In this document: in pieces, positions 24,501 to 39,110 of the stretch
Layout: each line of letters starts with the position of its first letter
How positions within the stretch are numbered: the first letter of the stretch is position 1
DNA from: Raillietiella orientalis
Taxonomy: Eukaryota
Direction of reading: 5' to 3'
Assembly (NCBI GenBank): GCA_036172245.1
Contig: JAYWIR010000009.1
Span: 1,922,001 to 1,986,000 of the forward strand
Length of the DNA: 64,000 bases
Position numbers and translations under genes: made by a program
The notes under the pieces: generated by a model
Told to the model about the DNA's origin: nothing
Seen by the model: only the letters and a program-made list of their open reading frames with translations
Databases searched by the model: none

Positions 24501-27500
24501 TGTATATTACTACTCAGCCGCAAATCTGATTGTACTCTCTGCAATGGGGTCGATGATTTTTCCAACATTCCTTGGAAAGGCCATATTTTCTTTTCGCAAG
24601 TTAAGCAGACTGTCTTTTGTTGTAAACGACGACAGTAATGGAAATGCAAGCAGCTGATGGACCGAGAGTTAATTCGAACTTCCTCCACGTGTAACAAAAG
24701 GGACTCGATGGGTCCTCTTCCTGATTCACTACACACGATTCAGAGTTTCATCTCCGAAACAACTTGGCAACGTAGAAGGAAATCCTGCCGAGACAACGGT
24801 TGCGGGTGTTCTTTTCGTTTATTCATCCTCCGCAATCATCGCATCTGATTTCTAAGGAAAATCAGTCCTCAGCGAAAGCAAATGTCCATAAGTTGAAGCA
24901 GTACGAGCACGCAGATGCCCACCCTCTTCACAGGCAATGGACTTGCACATCTCAGTGACTGCATTCACTTACTAATTATCTGCTCAGTAGTCACCCGATT
25001 ACGACACCCATACATTTCCTGGAACTGTGAGGATCATTTGCATTCTTCCAGCAGGCAGACAGGGTCGATTTTACGTTTTACGCGCAGCCTCCACAGTGTG
25101 TTCCACAAAGTATAGCAGACATCATAAGCGTAAGAGTTTCGAAATCCACCTCCATTTTTGGAAGGCAATAAACAACATTTGAGATGGTGGGAAGGAGGAC
25201 GGATGCAGTTGACGGTGATGCTGAAGCATGCAAATTTGTCGCCCCGTTCCATACGCAGCAATAGAACTGCAGTTCCGAAGACATAGCTGCGAAGCAAGAT
25301 GAGCCGTTTTCCTACGATTTTTCCCAAACGAAAGCGTGTAAAGGACCACGTCCATTTTAATAACGTGGAACGATTCCTTAAGCAGCGTGCGGCTGCTAAG
25401 CCTGTATCATCCCTATAGAGCAAAATCAGGTGAGCCGCTGAAAAATGGAATCGGGAAAGGTATATGCATGGGATGGCACACGTCAATAAGGTGTGAATCT
25501 ACTGTACTACGCATGCAGATACAGAAGGCTGAAACAAGTAATATGGAATAATCCAGGACAGAGGTAGAAGCATGTTCTGGAGTGAAAAGAGAGAAAAATC
25601 AGATGACCTTTGTGACGAAAGCACCCCCCGGTGGGTGTGGCAGCGAAAAGTACCCTGCACAAACCACAGAGAGTCGGAAGAATTCGTCTTCGTTAATTTG
25701 ACTCAATTTCTAAATTAAGTTGTTTCTTCTTCTTCTTTCTTTTCAATGTCTGGCTAATGCATGGATTCCCAAAAGGCAACGTATCTACCCATGTCGACTG
25801 TAAAAGGCCAAGAGAGAAAACATTTTACAAACGCGCGGAGAGATGACGTCACACCTGTGTCTTGACGTGAACACTCCAGCATCCCGAATGCGTGGAACCA
25901 TCCGTGTATTCCGAGCCCCTGCGAGGAAAGCCCTAAACATTCTGTCCAACTTGAGCTATTACGAATGCATACAGAAGGAAGCGGAGGGAAAATTACTCAG
26001 AGAGTTGACCCAAGAACATGGAAAGCGACAAGAAATAGCATAAATACAAAGCAAAAAAAAAAAAAAAAGTACATCATGGAAACACAGATACGATGGAACA
26101 ATAAAAAGAGTCATATTGTACGCTACCTATATCGTCGTATGCTTTCTTATCACATGCTTTCGTACGATCTCCCTACCCTATTCTCATAAGCTAATCAGCA
26201 GGCATGCATCATTGAATTTCCAAGAATCTGAGGCTCCAACTTCAAAATCACAGTTCTTCACTCCACTTCAAGTTCAATGGAGCCCATTCTACTGGAGCCC
26301 ATTCATTTTAATGGAGCGTCAGCCTCGTTCTTCACATCCTTGTAATTCAGTTGCAGTTATTGTAACTCAAAACGACGTGAACCGTACTTTGCTTTCGAAT
26401 ATGCGTTTTCCCTGCAAAAAAACACTGCAGAATTTTGTATGCGTGCGCGCGAGTGTATCTGTCGCTCGTCCCTTAGAAACTCCTTCCTCCCTCTACACAA
26501 TTTATTATTCACTCTTGAAATCACAAGAAATGGCCAACTTTCCGTGACCAAAACCTCAAGGACAATCTGAAAATCGTCCTCAACTCCATTTTCTGCTTCC
26601 GGTTCCGCGTGCAGCTTGGTTACCCGGGTGACGTTTCGCACCCCAGAGAATCCACTTGCTCGGAAAGCGTCCTGGAGACGTGGAATAAGATCTTCCTCCA
26701 AGCCGATGCACCTCACGTGCTCCCAGCATCTCTTTCCTTTTCACACGGCTGTGTTTCCTTCGCAACACGGTCGTCGTCGTCAACATCCTCCTCCGTCCGG
26801 AATGAATGCAACACGTGCAACAGGTGTTCCTGAATAGTACTTTACTTTTGCAGACCCAATTTAAAATTTGCGCTATAGGTTTGAAAGGGAGTTCCCGGAT
26901 TTCGGGGCGTGCGTTTCCAAGTGGTTCACGATGCACAAGAATTTCATCGGGTGCTCCTGAATCTGGATGCTGGAGCTAGGAGAACCCATCCCTCCCTTTT
27001 CTCATGCTCATTTTCTCGTAGGGGTGCCCCACTTATTTTCTCTCTGCTTTGAATGACCATTCGTAGTTTTTCAAGTCACAAATGCTCTTCGTTGCTATTT
27101 TCCGAATGGATCCATTTCTTTTGCAGCAATGTAGTTCGAGTTACTACCCCGTCAGCTGAGATGACGGACTGGCATCCTATTCGTGTCGAAGTTTTCAAGT
27201 CGAATTCACGTGCACTTCCTGCATGATTACAAACACTGTTTCTATGATCTGCACACAATACCAGCTCTGACAAATTACGCATAGCAATTGCGTATACAAT
27301 TTACAAAGATTTCTTGTATGAATCCTTTCAGCGTAAGCATAGATGAAACAAAAACCTTTGCCAAAAATGCTATAATCTTTCCATTTCTCTCTTTTCACAA
27401 CTTCCTTTCTTGCTTACGTATTTAGAAATTCAAACCAAATCTTTATAACTAAAAGCGATTTAGCCGGACACGCAGACATTTGCCTCTCTCTTTTTTTTTT

Positions 27501-29305
27501 TTTCGATTTCTTTCAGGTTCCCCATAATTTCTTTAAAGTGCACACACGTGTAAAAAGTTGCGTGTTTCTTAAAAGCACAGCGCTGCACCGTTTCTATGGC
27601 TACGCAGCATCAGGGCAGGAGAGTAAATTTGGAAACACGGGAAACCCGATGGACACAGTAAAAGACGAAGCCTCAAAGTTAAGAGGCAAAGATGTGCGTC
27701 GACTTTTCAAGTGGATACGGAATTGAGGGACACGCTCGACTTTCCCGACAAGTCGTTCGCGGAAATCGAAAAGGACTCAAAGACATTAAGAAAATTCATC
27801 TTTATTCTTCACATCTCCTGCATATGTACAGCTTGGCAAACCACGATCGTAAAATTTGAAATACAATGATACAATTTGACCCGAGCGCTCTCTTTCTGCA
27901 TACGAACTTTCTTCGTTCGTTTTCCCTATTCCTGAAGTTCTATCGCCTTCTTGCTGACTAGAGAGCATCGTCATCATCAGTGGGATGAGATGCTTGATTC
28001 AGAAATACTAGCTGCTTGCCTCGTTTCTCCGTCCCTTCCTGCTCAAAAATACGAAAGCGTCTCAAGATACTTGAAGCGATGCCCGGTTCGTTTCCCTGGA
28101 CTTGACCAACACCCTAGTTTTGAACTGATCCGTTTTTTTTTTTCCCCCCCAAACATATCAGTACAATACGTACCCACTTTATGCTGCTCCGAAAGAAATG
28201 CAGAAGACGTGAAATATAGGATGTTTCCTATCCAGAAAACATTTTACAAGCTACTTCGATTTGTGGTACAGCCACCTCGTTCTTCCTAGCCTTTATATTC
28301 TCTCATGATTTCTGAAATCACCTCTACCAACTATCGCCGCCGGCATTCTATCGACAGCCCTAGGGCACACAATAGTTTACATTATACTACATAAAATGAC
28401 ATCAGGCGGCATTTCTTCCAAAGATAACGACCAACTGCAAAAACTATGGCTGCATAACCGGGCGCCTGAAAACGGTACTTGTGATCTATTGCCAGCATCC
28501 AGATATTGAGTAAATTAAAGATTCAGCCTAAAATGCGCGAGAATGCGCAGGAGTTCTTTTCGAAGAAATTCCCTGCAAGTTCCGTGGGACTTCAGATTTA
28601 CGGAGCTTCTCCGATCTAAATAATTCAAGGAATCTGAATTGCTGAACTTGAATGGATCAGCATACATCTGCAGCAGTTGAAAAAAGACGTATACGACCAT
28701 TTCACGATACGAATTGCAGAAGCTTCCTTAATCCTTTGTTTTGTAGGCACTTATTCGACTCGTCTTCTCTGACGATGCAATCTGAACCACACTTCCGGTT
28801 GAACATGCTATGTTTTACTGTTCTACTTGCATCAGCAGGGGCTGATGAGATCCCTTTTAAAAAATATTCCCAAGACGAAAACGCGAATCGGAAAGAACGA
28901 GTTCGAAAGCGGAATGCGACTTCTTCTCTCGCCTATTCGCCGGAATCCCCGTATTTCTTTAGCCGAACGTGGGGGAGCGTCTTTTCGAAAATAATTTGAA
29001 GGGCGAAAATCGCTTTCGCATCAGCAAATCGCAACGACTCCGAAGACTCTCGCAGGAAACGGCGTCCTCGGTTTCAGGAAAACGTGCCGTAAGTGTTTCC
29101 AGGACGCATCCAGAACATCAAACGCAAGACCGTTTGTCCTGCGGTCCCCTATTCTGGACGCCTACGAAAGCCCCCTCCACAGAGTGAAATGGAAGCGCTG
29201 GACCACTACTGTCTAAAGGATGCAATTTACCTCGTCAGTCACTTGACTCGCACGCAGCTGCAGCTCTTGGACTTCCGACCTGGCGTTTCCATTCGGGTGC
29301 GTCAT
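21547..29305 (-). CDS. SNAP25: Synaptosomal-associated protein 25, 208 aa; coding exons 29305-29231, 22463-22422, 22262-22214, 22158-22041, 21994-21866, 21813-21669, 21615-21547
   Basis: [208 protein letters not shown]. Two SNARE motifs and a palmitoylation Cys cluster; exon sizes 42/49/118/145 match the conserved SNAP-25 layout. Confidence 0.97.
24269..24292. repeat. (GT)12 microsatellite in the SNAP-25 intron
   Basis: Direct reading. Confidence 0.95.
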
Positions 29306-29766
29306 CCTTCTGACTGGAAAAAAAGATTCGATTATGTACAAGTAGGAATGTACGCCTTCGTGAGGTCTTGACCAAAAAGTATCACGAAAACAACGATATA
29401 AGTGGACACAGCGCTGCATCGATACTGCCATACTCAAAGCAAAGTCCTGATTAATAATAGCAATCTTTTTAATTATGTATTCGAAGAGTAAGGTACACTG
29501 GACTGATTGCTGGTTTCCATGATCAACGAACATGATAACTGGAAACAGGTGATTCTTACAGGAAAAAAAACACACACACACACACATATGGAAGTAATCG
29601 GCCAAGCTATTGCAATGCGAGGAAACCGTATGCCACCGTATGGCAAGGTCACTAATGATTGCAGGCCTCGGCAGAAGAGACAACTGAGTCTGCAGCATCT
29701 GTCGGTGGATTGAAAGTAATGACAGTTCAGAGGTCGCTCCTTCCGAGGTGGCCAACGGGTGCTCAC

Positions 29767-29885
29767 TCGAGCTACGGACTGAGATAACTCTTGACCCCAG
29801 GAAACGCTTCACAGTTTTTGAACCTGCTAGCAGCGTGATGCGATTTTCTGCTAACCTTTTCCTCTCTTCGCGAGTCGTTCATTCA
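29767..29885 (-). other. Candidate non-coding first exon of SNAP-25
   Basis: The ATG exon has a clear acceptor (ttttttccag at 29314), so an upstream exon exists. A GTGAGC donor lies at 29766-29761 on the minus strand. The upstream boundary is a guess. Confidence 0.3.
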
Positions 29886-32800
29886 AGGTGAGGGCGATGT
29901 CAATCAATTAATGGGAAACGATAAATCAAAAAGTAGAGGGAGCCAGTTGGGTGGTTAACGAACCGTATGAAAAAGCATCGATTCCCGTAGGGATGAATTC
30001 GGCATGAGCCACCAAAGCGAATAACAGAGTTCCAAAATCTGATGTTCGTCGAGAAAGGAATTAAAGGGGAAAGAACTGGAATTCTAGCATTTGACAGAAA
30101 GGATCACACTGGTGCATCCATACGCGAGCAGCAAGCGATGCAGAAAGCCAGCAGAAAAGCACAAGGCGCAGATAGAAATCGGAACAAAGAGCAGGTGAAG
30201 CACCATCAAATCAACTTTAAAAGTCAGTAAACGAAAGAAGAAGAAGAAGAAAAAAGTAGGAAGATGCGACCACGCTTCCGATCTTAGCCGTTATTCCAGA
30301 GAAAAGACAGCGATGAACAGGCAGCTCAAAGCACTCGCAAACTTAAATTGAGGAATTGCTTCTGACGCAGAATCCTTCACCATGTTTGCGCCCACTAAAC
30401 ATGGCTTGTTGATCGTGGCATCAGAAAAGAGCTGAGGTCTGTGAGCAAAGTACAAGAGTGCACTCGACAACTAATTTCATTTCCTCTCTCGGCGTTCTAG
30501 AACCCTCCGCTCGATGAATCAAATATTCATCGGTGCTGGGTTTCCCCCCTGGAATCCTTCCATTTTCTTTCATATGTGGAAGTTCGTTTCATATCGTTTC
30601 TCTGATTCACGTCACACGACAAGCAAACAACGGGCCCTGGAAGCTTCCACGCGAAAACCGTCAACATGGAAACAGCTTGAAACCTTCGCGGAAGCCACTG
30701 CATTAGCCAACATAATAATAATAGTAATAAACTGTGCTCTGTTCTGTGCCGTACTTCACGTGGAAAGTTGAGAAGGAAGGGTAAGCTTCTTGCTATGAAG
30801 GGTGACAGCGAAACTGATGCAAATACTTTGCCGTCTTCCGAGTCTTGCCTACCCACGTTTTTTGCTTTGCAAGGTGAGGACCCATGTCCTCAAGGTCACA
30901 AAAATACCGAAAACACTTTTTGCTTTTTCGGTCGCATCGTGCCGAGTAAACAAAGTCGTCGTCGAATCTGCCTCTATCACCAAGCTTCCGTTTTACGACG
31001 GAATCCTTGATACCGATCCCGGAAGCAGATCGTGCTCGTGTCAGATGAGTTCCATCACGGGCGTTTGCAATTCACTTCTGCTCTTCTGAACGCGCTTTTC
31101 CCAAATGGCCGGAAAGCCACACTCGTGCCTTTATTTTTCGACATGGTCGACAGCTCTTTGTCTCTCGCGGATGGTAGCTGCCCCATGGACGACTCCACCG
31201 CCTCCTTCCATTCCTCACTCCTTCCATTTCTTGGAAGGTTCATTCCTCTATGCCGGAGTGACGGCTGCAGCATCTCGTGACTTTCGGCGCCAGAGCGGAC
31301 CCCCCTTCACAAGAATCCAAAAGCTGCAAAGCGGCAAATCACGAGAAACCTCGTGAGGTCTCCTGACAGAAATTCCCTGGGAACGATGACCTGCTGTTAC
31401 CACGAGCACGCCCTCAGGTGTCATCGCGAGAGCGAGGCTCATCAGATGGGTGCGGTGGAAACGCTGTCAGCGACTTCCCTTTCTGGGAACTTCAAGACGA
31501 GAAGAACTGCTGATGGAGGAGACCTCGGACGGCGACTGGAAATTTCGGCGCGCAAGGAGGAAACAACAAAAAATGTTGTGCGGGGCTCGCGATAGTTTCG
31601 ATATGCGAAGATTCCCTTCCTATTCACAGTCGGACCATACAGTCCGAATGTGGTGTTTCCTTCTCCGGAGGCGGGGCTTCGCACTCGAATCCCCCTGCGA
31701 TTCAATCCCGTCCGTTCCTGGCAGCTCTTCCCGGATACTTAAAACCGGAAGGGGAATCGTCGTCCACCTGCTCCTAGCGATTCCCCCTCCAGCACGCGCC
31801 GGAATGCCTCATTCCCCTCTTGAAGAAGCTGCCCCCTGTCTGTTTTCGCAATCGGTCAAGCACAAACCTAATGGAAAGCCTTTGGGGATGGATTTCCCCT
31901 TCGGAAAACCCCCGACCGAGAGCTCAAATCGAACACGAGTTTTGTTTTCTTTGGTTTGTTTACACTTTCGAGTGGACGTTCTCACCCGAGAACGAGACGA
32001 GAAAGACGCAGCTTTCGATGTGGGGCGCTTCAGGAAGAGGAAGTGACCCTAACGCGCCGGAATACGAGAGATGTCGGCGCTTCCCGAAGGAGCTGCAGAG
32101 CGCAATAACTGGATCAAAGATCAGCAGTCAACGCGTCAATCAGGGGAAGGCCTCAGCTCCCGACTGCCCGAGGGGTCGGTCGTCTCCTCCGCTCGCTGAC
32201 ACGGAAAATCGCAAGTTCCGGCAGCTGGATCTTAGGAAGCAGCGTGCAGAAGCGGCCGCTGGATCGGATTGGGGAGAAAAAAACTAGACGGTGGGTGAGG
32301 CGGGTGGTGATTTCCAGGTACCGAAGGGGAGGAAAGGGAAACGGCTAGATGAAGAAAGGGAAAGCTGATAGAGTCGTGCAAATGGAAAAGGGAGAGGGGA
32401 GGGATGTGGCTCGGAGAGTCCACCGATTCCGCGATGTGCGTGACGGGAGCACGCAAAGTGCCTGAGCATCCGTAGCTGGCTGGCTCAAAGCGGAAATCCC
32501 ACCTACTCTGGTTCAGGAACCCCTTGCTGCTGTTCTTCGACACCTAGCACGGAAGACCGCCACTGTGGCCGATGACCGCAAAGAACATGGGCGGGAAACC
32601 TCTGGTGGTGGTTGGGGAAAAAAAAAAAAAACCATCGCGCAGCCTCTGCCGTTTGGGCGGCGCCCCGTGCAACGTTCGGCATGTCGTCCTTCGCTTGCGC
32701 TATCCTCGGCAAACGGTTGAAATTTCGATCAACTCATTCAAAATAAAGTAGCTCCTTCCATTTTAGAATGCGTCCGAGTCCGCGCCCTAGACGCTCTCGA

Positions 32801-32989
32801 AAGCAGCATTTCCGAACAGCTGGGATCGATGGAACACCGCTGTTCCAGAAACCTTGAAAACACCCGTCACTATCGAACAACTGGCTTCCGGTTCAATCGC
32901 GTTCAGAACGAACGATTCAAATTCCATTCGAATACCAATCCGGACCTTTGCCCGACTGCAGCCTCCGTTCCCAAGTCCAACCACAGGGT

Positions 32990-33620
32990 TCTCTCCCTAC
33001 AAGGCTCCCAGGTGAAAGAAAAGCGCCAAGAAGTTCGTAACAAGCTCATGGGAATCCGTGCGCACTTTCCAGCAGATAAAACGCTGGGTCTTGTCCTGGT
33101 GGCTCCGGGCTATTTTCGAACAGAGTCATCGGGAGCACCGAAACGTGGCCTGTTGCCGCTCTTCTCGCAAACCCTGTGAAACGACCAGCCGCGGATTTTC
33201 TTCTCAGGCCGATTGCACACAACTCGTGTTCGTGGACACTTCACACCACGCACGAGGGGATCCGTTCCCATTGATGCTGGGCTTCCATGTTCCAGCAAAT
33301 AAGAAGGCATGCCGAACCATTTCGCCCAATGCGTGCACGGCCGCCGTGCGGTCCATGGAATCCATCCTTTTCCCGCAAGTTACACGCATCTCTGGTGTGC
33401 CATTAATAAGCACCCCTGCAGGTGTGCTAACGCCAGTGGAATTACGGCTCGCGACGCTGTCTACGAGATTGGAATCAGGTCTCTTCGTAAGGTGGCTAAC
33501 CTCGCCCTGACCACTCTGTTGTCTCCAAATCTTCTACGATTGGGGCTGTTTCTCTATAGCACTTGCTTTTCGCATGCTGGTTTGTTCTATCGAGCGTGCT
33601 GAAACTTCAACTGCGTTACG
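32990..33620 (+). mobile_element. Decayed L1/Tx1-type AP-endonuclease fragment
   Basis: Motif echoes in order: SLQGSQVKEKRQEV (~NV.G....KR..V), SSGAPKRGLLPLFS (~S.G...RGVAILF), LVFVD...LGFHVP (~VYAP), STRLE (~SRID), DHSVV (~SDH). Frameshifted. Confidence 0.45.
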
Positions 33621-35599
33621 CTGGCCGTTGGGTTGGTACTTTCCTCGAGGACAGGTTCTTCCTACCATCGTGCTTACAGCCAGCTACTCAAGACATCAGC
33701 AGAAGATCACACGGTGTCCACTGTTTCGTGTTTAAGACCTGCGCCCTCGCCTTGTGCACCTAGTTGGTTGCTGTGTCTCTGTTTCACTTTTCGCCAAATG
33801 ACTTCATACAACCAGGGCAATGATTCTCCACTGTCCATCATTCGAGCACGTTCTTGCACCGGCTGAACTCGATCCTCCTTGATCTCTCCTTCCCGATGTC
33901 AAGGGATTTGTTTTCTTTCCTCTTCGACCTTCCTTTGCATTGAAATCGAAAATCCTGGAGCTCAACATGATGTCCTGTTCCATTTCATTCCCTTGATGTA
34001 CTTTTGTTGTTTCCTCCTAAAACAAACCTTGAAGGACTGAACTTGTCTCAATCTCTTCCGTCTCCTATCTCGGCGACACTCACTTTGCAACGCATTCTGA
34101 TCGGTGGTCCAGGACGCTTCGTAGATCGAAATTCATTCGCATACAAAAAAGGATCTCAATTCATTTTACGGAAACATGTAATTACGAGAAAACAGTTATC
34201 ACGGGGAAGAAAGCCCACTGGGGAGATGCGAGTCTCGGACACGCAGCGGAAACAAGAAAACCGTTCCACCGGTGGATGATGGAGGATCACAGGAAACCCG
34301 CAGCAGAAATCCATCCACTCAAGCAAGGATTGATGGAAAATAACAGCAAGCAAACCGCACTTGCAAAAAAAAAAGAAAGAAATCTCAGCCTCCAACATCC
34401 ATATTTAATTATCTTCTTGCTGCTGGGATTCTGTACGTATGATTCGTGGAACGCGCGACCTAATGTTTTTACAAATGATCTTCGGATCTCGGGAGCGTTC
34501 CTCTCCGGGCGCAAGAGCACCCACACGACTGCTTCACTGCATTACCAAGCTCATGAAAGTGCGAGGAAATGGGTGCAAACCACGAATGGACAAGTGGATG
34601 GGCTCGATGGAATGGCCAATGGAACGGTTTCTGCCGCCGCTTCCACGACGGATTTGCGAAAGCACGCACTTTCCATTTTACAGCAAATTATCTTTGCTGC
34701 TTTCACGCATGGGTACCACGAACGATGCCACAATTCAGGCAATGAAGTATTTTCTTTCTTTTTTTCTCCCCAACAACCTCATCTCCCAAACTGTAAGGAG
34801 GGGAAGACCATCGAGCAGATGAGGCAACAGAGCGTTCCTTCCTTCATCTCTGAAGCACTGCTCTCTCAAAAACTGCCGTACACAACGTGCAATTCAAGTT
34901 CATAGGTCAGCACAGCGTTGCCCCCGGCATCCAACCATCACCGTGACTGCCGGAGCAGAGATCAGGATGGTTCATGTGGTGATTCTTTTTTTTTTCTTCC
35001 TGTTGTTGAAGTTTGAGAGAAAGATGAGTACTCATTCCCCATGCTGCTGCTACATAAGCACCAAGTCGAAAAACGCATGCGACAAACGATATTCACCACG
35101 GACATGCATGCAAGTGGACCAAACTGTCTGCCCTCTCGAAGGGCGAACAAATCAAATCATGGATGCTCTCATCCTCGTGTCTTCCTTGGGGGCAACGAGG
35201 GCCACGTCGGGCGGAGACCACGTACTCGACCGTTCTTTGCGGATTCGAAACCGAACTTTGGACAGAACAGTTAACGGCCGTGAGAAGAGCACTACTGACG
35301 ACTCTTTGACTACTGACCGCGTCAGGTGACCCGACCGACAGGAACGCCTGAATCCCAGGGGTGCTTGCGCACCCCACCAGCGGGGACCCCACGTCTTTTT
35401 CCCGCGAGGCTGAGGGAACGGAAGGGAAGCTGGAGATCCCTGCAGGAGCACAGCGCGTCGTGGGGACATTCCCTGGGGCGGATGGGGTGTCCTTTACGGA
35501 AAACCCCCAGATACCCATCTGCAAGCGACCTCCCTTGTCCAGATCGTTTTACCGGCACCGAAAGGAAATGGAACATTCCAAAAACGACGATTCGGCCGG

Positions 35600-35601
<2 letters not shown>

Positions 35602-35647
<46 letters not shown>
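35602..35647. repeat. (GA)23 microsatellite
   Basis: Direct reading. Confidence 0.97.
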
Positions 35648-35652
<5 letters not shown>

Positions 35653-37210
35653 GATTCCATTCCACCATTGCTTTCGAAAAAAGTTGTTGGAAGTTTTCCG
35701 TTGTAATGTGTCATATATTCTTAAAACTGGTCGCTTATGTTTTCATCATTTCCTTTGCTTCGTTTTTTTTCTTTTTCCTTTTTGATTGCTTTCATCCACT
35801 AGGCTAATTATCTGATGCGGGGGGGAGGGGGGAAGCGGGGGGGGGGACGTGACTTCAAAAAAAAAAAAAAAATTTACATACCGTTACAACCGCGAGATAT
35901 TCAATTTGCACGTACATTTCCGAGCTCGGAGAAGTAAACGCGAGCCTCTTCGTCGCAAATACGAAAAAAAAAAAAAAAAATCCACAGTGAAGTTCAAAAT
36001 TGCTTCCCACAGGAAAATCAGGGAAACGTCAAACTCCGAAAGCCTCCTTGTTAGTCATGTAAAGAAACACATCAAACATGCAATAATAATGGGGGGCGAA
36101 CGCAAAAAATGGGTACATTCTGACAACAAACAAAGGCATCACAAATATGCATACCTAGAAGTAAGCTGTTAATAGAGAAGAAGATTGTAGAATGCTAAAC
36201 GGTATAACAACCACTTAAATACGTAAAACCCAACATGAGCAAGCACAAACTTTCACACATCTGCAGGTCCCCTGTACTTTACTACACCATATTCTCCGTG
36301 CCAAAGATACCCATTGATCCGCTCGTGCTGCTGCTGCGATCTTTTGAGCGAATCCACAACTAAAGTGCCGCGGAAGGGTTTTCCTTCTTTTTTTTTTCTT
36401 CTTCCCTTTTTTTTTTTTTTGTCACCCCTTTTTTTTGGCGAGGGCAAATCCGAGTTCTCTTCGCTGCCTGGTACAAGATGCACATGAAAATGAATAAAAT
36501 GGTTTCGAATATTAAAAAAAAAGAAAAAAAAAGGTATACAGAGAGTACACAAAACATGCTTGTTGTACAATGCATACGCATGAACGTATTTTTCAAAGTA
36601 GGATTCCTTATAAATTTGCATGTTTTGGAAAAGGGGAAACAGTAACACGAAAAAGAAAAACGTTCTTCATTCTTGACAGAACGTGAATTCGAATTTTTTT
36701 TTTTTACATGCTGGTTGCATGTGTAACGCATTAACATCTGTGTTGTCCATCGCAAAACGAATGAGTAATCTGAGAAATTTCGTCCAAGTGTCTTTAGATT
36801 CATGAAGACTCGGAAGGAATTAACATTTACTAAATGCAACGCAATCTTTAAAAAAAAAAAAGAAAAAAACAGATCCAGGCTTCCTACATTTGTATGTACA
36901 CCTTTAAAAACATCAGGCAAAAATTCTTAGTCGTCCTCCATACCTTACTCGGTGACAGAATAGCTGACTTCTTTCTAACTGATGCAATTTTCATAACAGT
37001 TCCATAACATCTAAATACCGCCAGAAACAAACCAAAAAAAAAAAAAAAATACAAAGAAATGTAAAAAAAGAAAAAGAGTTTCATCTTTTTTAATCAAGAT
37101 ATTCATTGCTTTCATTACTTCGATTGATTTCATTCAGTCGACTTTTCCCTTTGGAGGGAGACTCCGTGTCGGTTATTGTGATTTGGAAATTTGAATGTAG
37201 AGTTACATAG

Positions 37211-37242
<32 letters not shown>

Positions 37243-37519
37243 CCTTCTCATTGCTGCACCTATGCTAATTGCTGCCCCATTCTTAGAGAGGGTGCAAAAA
37301 TAATTGATATTCCTTGTAGAATAACAAGCTCTTACATAACGAGCATAACAAACGACCATAAGAAACAGAAACACTGAAATTGTTACTTTTAAGATGCTTC
37401 TCAATTTGTAGCAGAAAATTAGAAAAAGTGAACAGGAGCCCATAGCATTAAAATCCTTAACTCAAACATCCAAAAAGAAAAGGAAAAAAAAGAGGACTTT
37501 TAATGGAGTCTAACAGACA

Positions 37520-37950
37520 TTACCGAGGAATTCCCAGACAATGATTCAGTCGGTGCTTTTTTCATTGGGAGAATGGGAATCGTCAATGCAAATTGCTGCA
37601 TTTTGTATGAATTATCTACCACGAAGCTTCCTGAGAATCCCTCAAAGGATGAGCCTGGAAACCACTCAAGTCCAAGTGCATGATAATTCTGAAAGCTCAG
37701 CATACTCCCTGTTTATTGCGGAATGCAAGCAGTTTTTTCAAAGTCCCGAGAAGGGCACAAAGACTCTCATCATTTAGAGGCTCCACAGCTAATTGTGGAA
37801 ATGGCAAGCTCAATGGACGAAAACGGTGTCTTCCATAAAATTCCTTACGCCTCTTTGGAATTGAACGGGAATGTGTCCTTCCATCCCTTTTAACTTTCAT
37901 ACGGGTTTGCCTTCCCCGTTGTTCCAGGCCCTCCAGGGGTTCCGTTCTCT
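37520..37950 (-). mobile_element. Decayed non-LTR RT fragment
   Basis: SIPKRRKEFYGRHRFRPLSL (~IPK.GK.....YRPISL) with upstream TPGGPG (~SPGPDG). Confidence 0.4.
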
Positions 37951-38816
37951 TCCTTGCAAGAAAATTCCTCGGTTCTGTTTTGGACTTTTATCCTCATCTC
38001 TTTTGCTGTTGCATCGACGGATGCAGCGAGTTCCGAGTCTTCTTCGTGCACTTTGCATCTGAAACGATCCAAATTTCCGTGGTCGGGAGAAGCCGTTCGA
38101 TTTTCTGCTTCACGCTCACAAGCAAAGATTCAGCAATCCGCGGTCCACTCGCCCCGCAAGTCTCGTCTCGAGCTCTGGTCAACTTTCTTCTCGATCCTTC
38201 AGTTGGCTCGAATGCCTGACTTGGAAACACGTCAAAACATAGCACTGTAAAAGACAGACCAACGACCGATGATGCATAGTCAAGAGAATCCATGGTAACC
38301 TCAGTTTACGCAATTGCGGGCAAGGGTCAACGTGACTTGGTATTTGGGGCAAGGGCTTTTCTCAAGCGAGTTGGACAGGGTATTTCGAAGCTCGTCGGAA
38401 AAATTATTTACATGTGAATGTGCACTACATGATACAGATGTAATGTGGACTTCCTGTCTAACAGTTTCCCATTACCTGGCAGACGGCTCTTGAATGGAAT
38501 TTCGAATGCCCATTAAGGCGGGCAGTCGTTCGAGCATGCCGTTGAAGCTCGTAATTCGAATTCGTAATTTCGAGAACGCTTTCAACCTCGTAAAAGAATG
38601 TGTGCCATTACATCATTACGAAAATCATCGCACAATGAAAGAGGATACACGAGGGCAAATTAGGGTATATTCTGGGAACAGAGAAAATCCTGAATCTTTG
38701 TTTAAAACTGCTTAATTAGACCAGCATGTTCAAAAGTAGATTCTAAAAGTTGATTGAAGTAAAAACACGAAAAGTATCCGCCTTTCGGAAGGCGACACAC
38801 CTACTACCTATCAGTC

Positions 38817-38861
38817 CGACGCGGAGGGGTCCCCCCATTCCGGGGGGACCCCTCCGCGTCG
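38817..38861. repeat. Perfect 20-bp GC-rich inverted repeat, 5-nt loop
   Basis: cgacgcggaggggtcccccc / attcc / ggggggacccctccgcgtcg. Confidence 0.97.
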
Positions 38862-39110
38862 AAGTCCGCTCCTTCACAACCGGAGGGGAGCTCCCACTCC
38901 GTGATTCCTGGGATGACCCGGAGGTCGACTCCCATTTGTCCCGGCCCTCATCGGGGACATCCGGTTTGAACCGCTACCAGCGCCGCACCCGAATGAACAG
39001 AGAGGCCGACCAGCGTCTTCTTGTGGGGTGAACTCGGAGCCCACAGACGCACTGCGTCGATTCCTTCGGAGTATTCGAACCCACGACGCGCGGAGACCAC
39101 CACCGTAACC
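38862..39110 (+). mobile_element. Fragment of the LINE-associated B segment
   Basis: Homologous to 48845-49095, sharing cacaaccgga, cggtttgaaccgctacc and ccgcaccc.aatgaa; peptide IG.IRFEPLPAPHPNE in both. Confidence 0.7.
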
